DNA from: a virus
Lineage: Duplodnaviria; Caudoviricetes
IMG/VR virus record: IMGVR_UViG_3300026549_000054
Span: 40,767-104,766 of that record
Length of the DNA stretch: 64,000 nucleotides
Reading direction: 5' to 3' (one strand)
The stretch's first letter is position 1, and the number at the start of each line of letters is the position of its first letter. The notes beneath the pieces are model-generated. The model saw nothing but the letters and a program-made list of their open reading frames with translations, was not told the DNA's origin and ran no database searches. Made by a program: the position numbers and the translations under genes. This document shows positions 1 to 9,578 of the stretch, piece by piece.

Positions 1-48
1 TGTTCGTATTCGTATATGGAGGGTTACTTAAAATAACATCAAATTTCA

Positions 49-1950
49 TTACTTACTAATTCCAAGTAATTCTTTACGGAACGCAGTATCTTCGCCCATA
101 GTATTTTCACAAGCCTTTTCAACTAAGTCATTCCACTGTAATTGAATCAACTTACGAGAATTTGGATTTAGACAAAGTTCGGATAACTGTTCAGCATTAG
201 CTTCTCCCCAACCCTTTAAACGAGAGACTGTGTAGTCAGTACATTTGAGTGCCTTCATTTTCTTATCTACTTCGGCACGGGTCATACCAAATGCTTTGAC
301 CTTCGCACCTGTGGCAATAAACAATGGGGCATCAATTATATACAAGTGTCCGTTCTTAATCAAATCAGGCATATAGTTAATAAAGAAACTTGTACACAAA
401 TTACAAATATGGAAACCATCCGGGTCCACATCAGCTAACAAAATGACCTTACCAAATCTCAATTTGCTTTCGTCATAATCGTCCTGAATACCACAACCTA
501 GAGCAGCAACCAAGTCTTTAATCTCTCTATTACCTTCGCATTTAGCTTCGCCCTTCTTTGTTGGTTTACCAAACAATTCTTCAGGAGTTGCTTTAGCTGC
601 GTTAATAATCTTACCGCGGATTTTCAATTCACCCTGGAATGACTCACGGGCCTGTTTAAAGTGACCACCAGCAGAATCACCTTCCACAATGAACATTTCC
701 AAATCTTTAGGGTTCTTGTGCTTTCTTCTGTCTGCGTCCAAGAATTTATCACTAATGTAACGAGAACCAGCATTCAAAGTCTTTAGACCCTTCAACAAAT
801 CCTTAGAAGCTTTCATCTTCTCTTTTTGTTCAAGCATCTTTTCCGCATAAGTTACAATTCTGTTCAATAGTTCCTTATTCTTACGGAAGAATTTGGTAAG
901 TGGTGGAGTCAACTTTTCAATGATTTCTTTTTCAACAGGAGTGTTGGTTAATTCGTTCTTTGTTTGACCCTGATACTGTGGTTCAGCCATTTTGTGGTGA
1001 ATGGCACCTACAATACCTTCCATAATGTCATCATTGAGAATTTTCTTTTTGGAATTATCCTTGATTACATTACAAATAGCTTTCTTCAAGCCATTCAAGT
1101 GAGTGCCGCCAAGGTTCGTATAACATACATTAACGAAACTTCTAAATGAGTTGCCATCTTTCTTTGTGAAATTCAAAGCAACTTCTGTGTAATCGTCTGC
1201 GTATGTAAACAAGTCAGCATTTTCGTCTGCGTCAGGACAAACAAGTTCTTCCAAACCTTTCTCGGAATAAAATTCGTTTTCTTCACCGTCAATGTTTGTG
1301 TGAATATGTAAGCCAGGGCACAAATACTGAATGTCTTTAATTTCTCTCTTTAGACGAGGCAAATCCAAGTCAATAGAATCAGTAAAAATTGTTTCGTCAG
1401 GAATCCAAGTTACAATGGTTCCTTTCTTCTTAATGAGTTTCTTATATTCTTCAGGTATTCTACAACGAGTCACATCACTTGTAGCAATTCCCTTTTCAAA
1501 TGTTTGTGTGTACCACCAGTTATCTGTACTGTTATTAGACCAAACCTGTAATGTTTTAGAAAGAGCTGCAATAGCCTTTTGTCCGATACCATTCAAGCCT
1601 GATGAAGTAGCATAATTCTGCTTATCAAACTTACCACCTGCGTGTAATTGAGTGAATACAAGTGTTAGAGAATCCATTTGGGCTTTTTCATTCCAACCAA
1701 CTGGAATACCTCTACCATTGTCAATTACTGTAATTCGTTTTGTTTTAGAATCGTAGAAAACATAAATTTGTTTGTTATAGCCTGCCAAGTATTCGTCAAT
1801 AGAGTTATCTAATGCTTCACGAAAAAGTCTATACAAACCATCAGATGGATTTCCTGATACTGCACCAATGTACATACCAGGTCGCTTACGAACTGTTTCT
1901 AGGCCTTTCAAAAAATCTATGCTATCCGCACCATAATTATGTTCTGCCAT
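49..1950 (-). CDS. Type IIA DNA topoisomerase, ATPase/TOPRIM subunit (GyrB/ParE-like)
   Basis: VRKRPGMYIG, EALDNSIDE, DNGRGIP, HAGGKF (GHKL ATPase), EGDSAGG and DVDPDG (TOPRIM) motifs. Confidence 0.95.
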   Translation of the reverse strand: MAEHNYGADSIDFLKGLETVRKRPGMYIGAVSGNPSDGLYRLFREALDNSIDEYLAGYNKQIYVFYDSKTKRITVIDNGRGIPVGWNEKAQMDSLTLVFTQLHAGGKFDKQNYATSSGLNGIGQKAIAALSKTLQVWSNNSTDNWWYTQTFEKGIATSDVTRCRIPEEYKKLIKKKGTIVTWIPDETIFTDSIDLDLPRLKREIKDIQYLCPGLHIHTNIDGEENEFYSEKGLEELVCPDADENADLFTYADDYTEVALNFTKKDGNSFRSFVNVCYTNLGGTHLNGLKKAICNVIKDNSKKKILNDDIMEGIVGAIHHKMAEPQYQGQTKNELTNTPVEKEIIEKLTPPLTKFFRKNKELLNRIVTYAEKMLEQKEKMKASKDLLKGLKTLNAGSRYISDKFLDADRRKHKNPKDLEMFIVEGDSAGGHFKQARESFQGELKIRGKIINAAKATPEELFGKPTKKGEAKCEGNREIKDLVAALGCGIQDDYDESKLRFGKVILLADVDPDGFHICNLCTSFFINYMPDLIKNGHLYIIDAPLFIATGAKVKAFGMTRAEVDKKMKALKCTDYTVSRLKGWGEANAEQLSELCLNPNSRKLIQLQWNDLVEKACENTMGEDTAFRKELLGISK

Positions 1951-2228
1951 TACTTATCTCCTTTGAATTTAAACATTACTATTGTTTCGTCTGTTTCATT
2001 ATTGTATTCTATTGACGCAATTTCAAATGCAGTATCAAGTTGTTTAAACACTGCTAACCAGGCATTTGGATTTTTCTTTAAGTATTGGAGCACTTCTGCT
2101 TCAAACAAGTCAAACAATCGTGACTGACCTGGTGTACTTTCTGCATCGTCAATTATTGTCATTTGTTTTTTTACGATTTTTAACTTTACCATAACTTTCC
2201 TATATTTGTTTGGAATATATTTATACAA
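1950..2228 (-). CDS. Hypothetical protein (true start probably the Met near 2192)
   Basis: Stop abuts the topoisomerase start; a late-promoter box overlaps the predicted 5' end. Confidence 0.6.
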   Translation of the reverse strand: MYKYIPNKYRKVMVKLKIVKKQMTIIDDAESTPGQSRLFDLFEAEVLQYLKKNPNAWLAVFKQLDTAFEIASIEYNNETDETIVMFKFKGDK

Positions 2229-2291
2229 ATCAAATATAACAAAAAATCGCCCTGTTATGGGCGATTTTTATTTTTTAAAACTTCAAAGAAA

Positions 2292-3152
2292 TTAGTCACC
2301 TTGATATTTTGCAGTTCTATAAAATTCGGATGCTCCGTGTTCAAACGCATCTGAAGAAGCACGATCAGATTTAATTTTTTTGATTTCATCGTCAGTTAAA
2401 TAATCTTGTGCTTCGGAAAATTCTTTGACTGCTGGCAAGAATATATCGTATGGAATTTTCCAAGTATTTCTGTGTTCATCTTGATACTCGGCTAATTCAA
2501 TACATTTCTTTGCTTTGCCATTTGAGTATCTACCTAATCTTCTTAAAGCACTGTAGTTTCCAATGTCTGCGTTTTCAAGACTAACTGGCATAGAGAAATA
2601 GAATCTATCAATACCATTGTTTATAGACAAAGTAACTTTATCAGGAACATCCTGGTCAAATTCTTCACCTTCAGGGAAATCTTTGAAGAATGATGTTGCT
2701 TCATACCAGCGAGACCAAGGTTCTTTCTTTTCAACTTTACAACCATATTTAACTAATTTAGATAAGATGTTTTCTTTAAATTCAGGCCAAACTTCAGTTA
2801 CAAGGCGTTTAATACTTTCAAATTTTCTCTTTTCACGATTATAACGTTCTATTTCTCTTTGTTTCTTATCATTAAGCTTTTCCCAAACTCGGCAAGCATC
2901 AGCAATTATTCTTGCTTCTTTGTAATCAAAAAATTCACCAGCTTTCTTTGTGCCAATCCAACCTTTTATCAATGAAGGATTTAATTTCTTCATTTCGTTA
3001 TACTGTTCGTCAGTGAGTTCAGTAATGTCGGCAAAATCATTTAAAATTGTTGTTGCCCAATCTACCTTTTCCTGAACAGCTTTACTTGTGGCTTCATCTA
3101 TTAGATGATAACCCTTGCCATTTAAAAATTCTTTAGCTTCTCTTAAATCCAT
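2292..3152 (-). CDS. Hypothetical protein with shared N-terminal leader (putative internal head protein)
   Basis: N-terminus MDLREAKEFLNGKGYHLIDE; GGAG RBS. Confidence 0.7.
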   Translation of the reverse strand: MDLREAKEFLNGKGYHLIDEATSKAVQEKVDWATTILNDFADITELTDEQYNEMKKLNPSLIKGWIGTKKAGEFFDYKEARIIADACRVWEKLNDKKQREIERYNREKRKFESIKRLVTEVWPEFKENILSKLVKYGCKVEKKEPWSRWYEATSFFKDFPEGEEFDQDVPDKVTLSINNGIDRFYFSMPVSLENADIGNYSALRRLGRYSNGKAKKCIELAEYQDEHRNTWKIPYDIFLPAVKEFSEAQDYLTDDEIKKIKSDRASSDAFEHGASEFYRTAKYQGD

Positions 3153-3161
3153 TTTATCTCC

Positions 3162-3473
3162 TTATTTTTTATATAATTTAAATGCCTGTATTACCATTTC
3201 ATACTGTGGATAACGAAGCATAAGTCCATCTCTTAAATCGTTCCAAATGTCACCAATGCCATTATACCACATTACAAACCACCACAAGTTTGAAGTTCCG
3301 TAAATGTTTTGTGAAATAATATCTGGTCTACCAACTTCGTAATAGTGAACCATATACGATTTAGTTTCACCAAAGTCATAATTGCCGAAATTAATACTCC
3401 CTAAATCATACTCAAGGAACCCTTCAGTATCTTCTTCTTTTAAATAATTTGGTCTGTATGTTATGTTGTTCAT
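3162..3473 (-). CDS. Baseplate wedge protein, T4 gp53/LysM-like
   Basis: RPDIISQNIYGTSNLWWFVMWYNGI pattern typical of gp53-like proteins. Confidence 0.75.
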   Translation of the reverse strand: MNNITYRPNYLKEEDTEGFLEYDLGSINFGNYDFGETKSYMVHYYEVGRPDIISQNIYGTSNLWWFVMWYNGIGDIWNDLRDGLMLRYPQYEMVIQAFKLYKK

Positions 3474-3481
3474 TTATTAAA

Positions 3482-3724
3482 TTAATACTCCAATTTTTTA
3501 GAGTCTATCCATCTGATTGTTTCGTATTCAAATTTTTTCTTAAACCAGACCAAGGCTTGGGTTTCTGCAAGGTTATCATTATCTGTAAATTCTATTTTTG
3601 TTTTTGTAGCCATTTCGCCATTTGTATCTGTATAACAGATTGTAACAGAATAGTAATTACCTTCTTCTTTTTCAACCAAATAGCCATTTTTATTCAAAAT
3701 ATTTTCTGCTTCTTCTAATCTCAT
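3482..3724 (-). CDS. Hypothetical protein with shared N-terminal leader
   Basis: MRLEEAENILNKNGYLVEKE; GAGG RBS. Confidence 0.7.
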   Translation of the reverse strand: MRLEEAENILNKNGYLVEKEEGNYYSVTICYTDTNGEMATKTKIEFTDNDNLAETQALVWFKKKFEYETIRWIDSKKLEY

Positions 3725-3744
3725 TTTTACCTCGTTTTAAATGT

Positions 3745-4836
3745 TTATATTACCCAATGTATATAAATCCGGTGGGGGGATTCTTTATCCACACGTTCAA
3801 TTGCTGCATCGTATCTTTCTTTATATGAACTATACAATGAATCGCCATTTAACTGACCACCACCAGCAATAGTCAAACTATACTTTCTCAAAGCATTAGT
3901 CCAAATCATACCGGCCTTACATACTACAAGTTCTTTGAACCAGTAGTCATTGAAAATCTTAAATGATTTTTGTTTCTTTACAACTTCAATCAAACCGTGA
4001 ACAGGTCTTTTTGGTGTCGGCCATACAGAAAGTTCTTTTTCTTTCATATTATAACGAACTTGATAGCTTTCACCCAAATCAAATTTAACTTGTTCCAACC
4101 AAACTAATTGAGCATTAAAGTTACCCATTACATCACCGTAACTGGAATCACCATAACACATTCCATTATAATTAAAGTTATTCATTCCCATCATCTGGTC
4201 ATACAAAATGTTGTGTGGGATAGTGAATAATTCGTTAATGTTACCTAACCAGCTAGCTGTTTGGAAGTCCACAACAGATTCCAATTCTTGACAAAGTTTA
4301 TAATGAGTTTTACCTGGTTGTAATTCCATACACAAATAATCACGATAGTTACCTTCACGATAATAGTATCTTTGTATGTACTGAACCATATCTCTAATAA
4401 TGTCAATCAACTGGGCATCAGATATTTCAACACAAATTACAGGAGAACCAAGTTGACCTTTAATGTAAGCAATCAACTGTGGAATGTTCTGTATTTCGTG
4501 GTCAGCCATAAACATATCCTGAGCACAGCAATAGTTATCTCTAGGAATATGCTTTAAATGGTGTGGTGGAAATGGTGGAACAGGTGGTTTAGGAGGTGGA
4601 GGAGGTGGTTCAGGTGGGTCTGGATACTTTCCTGATGGTGGCTCTACACTCCAATCTGGTGGAACCGCTTGCCAATCAGGTGGAATTTCCTTCCAATCTT
4701 TAGGCGGAATTCCTTCACCCGGATTCGGACAATGACCCGGTGGGAATGGTGCAGGAAGAGGAGGATGTGGCTTATAAGCTTCATCCTTAGTCCAAGGTGG
4801 TCTGCATTTACAATCTTTCTTTTCGTTTTCACCCAT
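3745..4836 (-). CDS. Neck/head-tail adaptor, T4 gp13-like, with Pro-rich N-terminal extension
   Basis: LIAYIKGQLGSPVICVEISDAQL and W..ALRKY...AGGGQLNGD motifs. Confidence 0.85.
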   Translation of the reverse strand: MGENEKKDCKCRPPWTKDEAYKPHPPLPAPFPPGHCPNPGEGIPPKDWKEIPPDWQAVPPDWSVEPPSGKYPDPPEPPPPPPKPPVPPFPPHHLKHIPRDNYCCAQDMFMADHEIQNIPQLIAYIKGQLGSPVICVEISDAQLIDIIRDMVQYIQRYYYREGNYRDYLCMELQPGKTHYKLCQELESVVDFQTASWLGNINELFTIPHNILYDQMMGMNNFNYNGMCYGDSSYGDVMGNFNAQLVWLEQVKFDLGESYQVRYNMKEKELSVWPTPKRPVHGLIEVVKKQKSFKIFNDYWFKELVVCKAGMIWTNALRKYSLTIAGGGQLNGDSLYSSYKERYDAAIERVDKESPHRIYIHWVI

Positions 4837-4861
4837 TCTGTTAATACCTCTAATGTATTTA

Positions 4862-4969
4862 TTAGACCACCAGGTTCTCTTGTTCCAAAGTATATAATTC
4901 TTCCAGTGTTAATTCTTGAACTTTTCCATAACTATCTTGAACTTTTACTTTGGAATCTCCTGTCAAGCA
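4862..4969 (-). other. Split intein N-fragment (35 aa)
   Basis: CLTGDSKVKVQDSYGKVQELTLEELY..* with Cys1 and block A, then stop. Confidence 0.9.
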
Positions 4970-5755
4970 CATATATTCTTGTCTGACGAACATTTCCCCA
5001 TTATCTTGAATTTGTTTTTGAAGCCATTTCTCATCTCTACCTTCAACTTCGTACCATTGAACTTTACAAGGTATAAATGAGTTCTTTCCAGCAACGGCCT
5101 TAGTCCAAATGTCATAGAAGTGGTTCATACCCTTTGGAGTTGAAATTAGCATCATCATAGCGTCTTTCTTTGCAGCTTGTGTTGGGAAAACAGACTGCAT
5201 AAACTTGGTAGCCATATTATCGTCAATGAACGCAAATTCGTCTACAAGCAATAAGTCAATAGATTTACCACGAACAGAAGAACTAGAACTAGCACCGCAG
5301 AAAATCTTTGTCTTATTTTCCATCGTGATTTCACCATTGTTCCATTTTACAAGGCCCTGTTGAAGCCACATTGGTAATTCTGTATAAGCGTTCTTAATAC
5401 GAAGCAAAATTTCTTCTGCCTGTGAAGCTTTGTTTGCTAGAACTGCAATACATTTAGATTTGTGGAAAAGAGCATACCAGAGAATATACAAAGTAGCAAT
5501 AGTTGTCTTACCTGTTTGACGTCCCATCATAATAATTCTGTTATTCTTTTCAGGTATTTTCGCACAAATTACTTTTACAATCTTTTCCTGATAATCACGA
5601 AGTTTCATCTTTTCTTCACCGGCAGGACCAATGATAGTAAAATACTTAGCGAAATGGAAAATACTTTGTTTACATTTCAAGTATTCCTTAATTTCTTCTT
5701 CAGTCATTGGTACAGTTTCGCCGGCACCGCGAAGCTTTTCATTATTAAAAAACAT
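4862..5755 (-). CDS. terL: Terminase large subunit N-terminal (ATPase) half fused to N-intein
   Basis: LRDYQ Q-motif, GRQTGKTT Walker A, LLLVDEFAF Walker B, ISTPKG motif III; ends QEYM then CLTGDSKV intein block A. Confidence 0.95.
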   Translation of the reverse strand: MFFNNEKLRGAGETVPMTEEEIKEYLKCKQSIFHFAKYFTIIGPAGEEKMKLRDYQEKIVKVICAKIPEKNNRIIMMGRQTGKTTIATLYILWYALFHKSKCIAVLANKASQAEEILLRIKNAYTELPMWLQQGLVKWNNGEITMENKTKIFCGASSSSSVRGKSIDLLLVDEFAFIDDNMATKFMQSVFPTQAAKKDAMMMLISTPKGMNHFYDIWTKAVAGKNSFIPCKVQWYEVEGRDEKWLQKQIQDNGEMFVRQEYMCLTGDSKVKVQDSYGKVQELTLEELYTLEQENLVV

Positions 5756-5759
5756 TAAA

Positions 5760-7010
5760 TCACCTCATCAATTCTTCAACTTTATCTTCAATTTCTTCTT
5801 GACTTGGTTTACTATGGTTATACAAATAAGCACCATAATACCAATTCTTAAGTTCATTTAGTATCGCACCAAATTGAGAACCGTGTACACCACTATCTAT
5901 AATAGCATTACTCAATTTCTTATTATCAGGCAATACATTTTCTGCCAAATCAGTTAATACTTTTCTTTCTTTGTTAGAAATTGCTTCATCGTTGATTACA
6001 TAATCTACTACATTCAAAATTTCAAAATCTTTATTCGTGAAAATAGTTAATGTCTTGTTCAAGTCTCCATACAAATTATTTGTAAATCCAAGAGCACCAT
6101 AAACATATTTCAAAGTTTTCATTAAGTCATTTTCCAATCTAAACAACTTGATACATTCAGGTAAATTGTCGCAATCGTAGAATAACAAACCAAACAAAAC
6201 CTTTGGGTCAGCTTCTGTTTTATCCATCTGTGCATATTTTCTAGTGAACTGTTTTGCGAACTTCCAGTTGATTAACATTTCAGGGTCAATTACTTCATTC
6301 GCACCTGTTTTCATTAACAATCCAATAACATCAGCAAAAGCTTGTTTACCATATTCGGCAGTTTTCATTAGTTCAGCACCAATTCTTTCTTTTGCGATTT
6401 TATCCAAATTGCCCTTAATGTTCTTAATGCCCTGCATTGTTTCAGGGTCTATCTTCATTCCAAATCTAGCTGCAAAACGCATAGCACGGATAATTCTTAA
6501 AGCGTCTTCACCAAATCTCTTATTAGAATCTCCGACTGTTCTAAGTATATTATCGTCTAAATCTTTCTCGCCATTGTAATAGTCAATCAAATTACCGCGA
6601 CAGTCAATACCCATAGCATTTATTGTAAAATCTCTGCGGGCTACATCGTCCTTAAATGACTTTGTAAATTGAACAGAGTCAGGATGTCTACCGTCACTGT
6701 AATCTCCGTCAGTACGGAACTGTGTTACTTCAAATACTTCTTTCTGCCATTTAACGAGAATAGTCCCGTGGGCTTCACCATTGTTAGAAGTACATTTGAA
6801 GTTATCGTACAATTCGTCAATCGGCATATTAGTTGCTATATCAACGTCGTGAATTTTAGGGTCGCCTTTCTGTCCGTTTTTATACCAGCGGACTATATCA
6901 CGAACACAACCACCTACTAGATATGCTTCGTAACCGAATGATTCAATCTGTTGGCACAAGTCAGTACCAATTTGGACTTCTTCATTGAATAACGATAAAT
7001 CAATTTTCAT
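5760..7010 (-). CDS. cca: tRNA nucleotidyltransferase (CCA-adding enzyme, class II)
   Basis: YLVGGCVRD, DVDIAT, GEAHGT, DGRHP, RRDFTINA, EDALRIIRAMRF, ERIGAE; lacks the poly(A) polymerase GRRF signature. Confidence 0.9.
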   Translation of the reverse strand: MKIDLSLFNEEVQIGTDLCQQIESFGYEAYLVGGCVRDIVRWYKNGQKGDPKIHDVDIATNMPIDELYDNFKCTSNNGEAHGTILVKWQKEVFEVTQFRTDGDYSDGRHPDSVQFTKSFKDDVARRDFTINAMGIDCRGNLIDYYNGEKDLDDNILRTVGDSNKRFGEDALRIIRAMRFAARFGMKIDPETMQGIKNIKGNLDKIAKERIGAELMKTAEYGKQAFADVIGLLMKTGANEVIDPEMLINWKFAKQFTRKYAQMDKTEADPKVLFGLLFYDCDNLPECIKLFRLENDLMKTLKYVYGALGFTNNLYGDLNKTLTIFTNKDFEILNVVDYVINDEAISNKERKVLTDLAENVLPDNKKLSNAIIDSGVHGSQFGAILNELKNWYYGAYLYNHSKPSQEEIEDKVEELMR

Positions 7011-7012
7011 AA

Positions 7013-7795
7013 TTACTTAATTTGTTTCTTTGTATATTTCTTAATTACACCTTCTTTACACAAATATGTAAAGAATTTCTGTTTGTAGCCTCTAGTATAT
7101 GCTGAACATACTCTCAATCCATATTCAGCTACTTTAGTTGGGTCATATTCAAATTCATAGATTTCTTTTACAAAGCCATCTTTTTTAGCAGCTTTTAATT
7201 CTTCATCATTAAGGAATGTAAAATATGTTTTCCAACGAGTAATCATTACTGCATGATTACCTTCTGCTGCTTTAATAGCGGATTTCTTAATTCTACCACT
7301 AGCAGTTCTGTTAGCAACAGCGTTCTTACCACCAATTCTTTGTATGTGGAGTTCTTTAAACTTCTTGTTTAATTCGTTTGCTTTTGCTTCCCAAACACCA
7401 CTATGTCCAAGTCCATCAGTTCCCCAACCAAGAGCATTACACCATTTGCGGCTCATAGCATAACCAACTTTATTAGCAGCTTTTATTTGTTCTTTTGTAA
7501 TGGAAGCATTGTGAAAATAATGGCACATTTCGTGAACGAAAGTGTTTCTAAAAGCAGCATAGTCAGTCAATTCATTTCTATTCAAAATGATTTCAAGAGT
7601 AATAATTTGTTGTTTAACTGTGTTAAACTGAGCTACACATCTACCTAATGCTTTTAAATGACTGGACCAAGTTAATGTAATTGGCTTTAATTTGCCATTG
7701 AAATATAATTTGTTAAATCTTTTAAATTCAGTTTCCAAGAAACTTGTAGTGAATTTAACTTCTGGTAATTCTGCTTTTCTTGCTTCGTCTAACAT
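7013..7795 (-). CDS. SprT-like zinc metalloprotease
   Basis: FNKLYFNGKL...NTFVHEMCH...GHSGVW. Confidence 0.8.
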   Translation of the reverse strand: MLDEARKAELPEVKFTTSFLETEFKRFNKLYFNGKLKPITLTWSSHLKALGRCVAQFNTVKQQIITLEIILNRNELTDYAAFRNTFVHEMCHYFHNASITKEQIKAANKVGYAMSRKWCNALGWGTDGLGHSGVWEAKANELNKKFKELHIQRIGGKNAVANRTASGRIKKSAIKAAEGNHAVMITRWKTYFTFLNDEELKAAKKDGFVKEIYEFEYDPTKVAEYGLRVCSAYTRGYKQKFFTYLCKEGVIKKYTKKQIK

Positions 7796-8064
7796 TATTC
7801 AATCTCCACTGTTGTAGAAGCACCATCTTCAACATAAACGGCTTTCCATACTGCTTTAAATGCCTGGTCTAAATCCATATCTCTACTGTATGCTTCAAAC
7901 ATTACAGTTTCCAATAGTTCAGGGTCTACTGTATAATTCACTTCTTTCGCAAAATTTAGAATACGAGTTCTTAATTGGTCTAAGTATTCTTTCTCATACA
8001 TTTCTTCATTAAGTACTTTATATCCAAATTTCTTTAATTTTTCAATAGCTTCTCTTAATAACAT
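7795..8064 (-). CDS. Hypothetical protein with shared N-terminal leader
   Basis: MLLREAIEKLKKFGYKVLNE; late promoter upstream. Confidence 0.7.
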   Translation of the reverse strand: MLLREAIEKLKKFGYKVLNEEMYEKEYLDQLRTRILNFAKEVNYTVDPELLETVMFEAYSRDMDLDQAFKAVWKAVYVEDGASTTVEIE

Positions 8065-8084
8065 ATTAAAATCTCCTTATATAC

Positions 8085-8092
8085 TATTTATG
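8085..8092 (-). promoter_or_regulatory. T4-type late promoter (CATAAATA)
   Basis: Variant of TATAAATA just upstream of the RBS; similar boxes at 2218-2225, 8990-8997, 9537-9544, 12781-12788, 32957-32964. Confidence 0.6.
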
Positions 8093-8093
8093 A

Positions 8094-8121
8094 AAAAGAC
8101 CGCTTTTTCAGCGGTCTTTTT
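8094..8121 (-). terminator. Intrinsic terminator
   Basis: AAAAAGACCGCT-loop-AGCGGTCTTTTT inverted repeat. Confidence 0.8.
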
Positions 8122-8144
8122 GAATTTATGTGTAATAGAAATTA

Positions 8145-8960
8145 TTACTTTACAAAGTGATTACGGATTCTTCTCTGCAAATTTACTACAGGGTCTTTTG
8201 TTCCGAAAACATCTTCAATTATTGTAAATGCGTAAGCCTTAATTTCTTTGTCATCTACTTCAAAGTCTGTATCTTTAATGATGCCAGATACGAAAGCAGG
8301 TGTCAAGGCTTTCTTCAAGAACAATGTTTTGGCTCTGAAATCGTCTTTGAAATCATCCCAATTATCTGTACCTTTCTGTTCAGTATTGGGCTTGCGGAAA
8401 GTTTCAGGAAAATCATCTTCTAATGATTCGTCCAAATCGTCATCATCGTCTTCGCACTTTCCGCCTTTCTTTCCACCACAGCAACCCTTTGGTTTTCTGC
8501 CGGCAACTTTTTCTTTGTGAGAGAACTTGTCACCCTTTGGCTTAGATTTGCCTTCGGTCATATATGCTTCGTCAACTGGAACATCGTCATATTCAACGGC
8601 AGTGTCATCAACAGTTTCGTCACCGAAATCTTCTGGGTTCTGTCCTTCACATTCGCAATTTTCGTAAGCAAGAATCTTAACAATGTCTTCAGCGGCAACA
8701 CCCTTCTGTGAGAGTTCGTCAATGCGTTCATTGTTGGCTGTCATAATGTCAGCAACTTCTTGTGCGTCAAATCCTTCGTCACCGAGACCCTGTTCAACAG
8801 CACCATAGACATCACTGTCAAGCTGTTCTTCACCTTCAGCAGGCAAAGCTTCTTGGTTTGTATCAACAACGTCATCATAGACAGCGTCATCTTCAAAGTC
8901 TTCCGATACGATTCTGTAACCTTCGGAAAGCAACAATTCTTTAGCGGTTTCGTATTTCAT
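8145..8960 (-). CDS. Acidic low-complexity protein with shared leader (putative head internal/scaffold-like)
   Basis: MKYETAKELLLSEGYRIVSE; very D/E-rich; late promoter at 8990-8997. Confidence 0.7.
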   Translation of the reverse strand: MKYETAKELLLSEGYRIVSEDFEDDAVYDDVVDTNQEALPAEGEEQLDSDVYGAVEQGLGDEGFDAQEVADIMTANNERIDELSQKGVAAEDIVKILAYENCECEGQNPEDFGDETVDDTAVEYDDVPVDEAYMTEGKSKPKGDKFSHKEKVAGRKPKGCCGGKKGGKCEDDDDDLDESLEDDFPETFRKPNTEQKGTDNWDDFKDDFRAKTLFLKKALTPAFVSGIIKDTDFEVDDKEIKAYAFTIIEDVFGTKDPVVNLQRRIRNHFVK

Positions 8961-9002
8961 ATTATACTCCTTAAAAATTAAATTTATTATATTTATAAAA
9001 AT

Positions 9003-9518
9003 CTAGTCTTCGTCAAAGTCTATATTATTATCTTCTTGTAATTTAAACCAAATTTTATCAAATTCAGTCATAGATAATGTTTTTGTTTTATACTTTTTCT
9101 TTTGTCCTTTCCATTCCAATCTAATACAATCGTCATCAAGTACAACTTCAATTATTTCATCAGGACCATTAAACCAAAAATCAGGCATTATGATATTTAA
9201 TGTGTTATCATTAACTATCTTTACTCTGCCTTTGTGTTTCTTTAAATAGATATTGTTATCAAAAAGCCAGTCTCTAATATCTTCAATAGAAACTACTTTT
9301 GTATTAAAAGTTTTAGCATTACTGATTTTATCTTTTAATTTGGGTCTTTCTTCGTCAAGCCAAATTAGTCTGTCCATTTCTTTTTTAGTCAAATCACCGC
9401 GGCCGTGACCAGCATGGTATCTGCGCATCAAATCTTCATATTCTTCGTCATTAGTTTCTGTATCTTCAAGTATATAACCGTGCTTTTTCAGCAATTCTTT
9501 GGCTTCATTTAAATCCAT
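9003..9518 (-). CDS. Hypothetical protein with shared N-terminal leader
   Basis: MDLNEAKELLKKHGYILED. Confidence 0.7.
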   Translation of the reverse strand: MDLNEAKELLKKHGYILEDTETNDEEYEDLMRRYHAGHGRGDLTKKEMDRLIWLDEERPKLKDKISNAKTFNTKVVSIEDIRDWLFDNNIYLKKHKGRVKIVNDNTLNIIMPDFWFNGPDEIIEVVLDDDCIRLEWKGQKKKYKTKTLSMTEFDKIWFKLQEDNNIDFDED

Positions 9519-9578
9519 ATTAGTCTCCTTATATGGTATTTATGAAAAAAGCCAGGTTTTTTAACCCGGCTTTTTAAT

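Noticed and set aside
3745-3785. gp13 C-terminus ESPHRIYIHWVI
   Set aside because: Removing one base from the G6 run gives ESPTGFIYIG*, resembling the usual gp13 ending; probably a homopolymer error, not biology.
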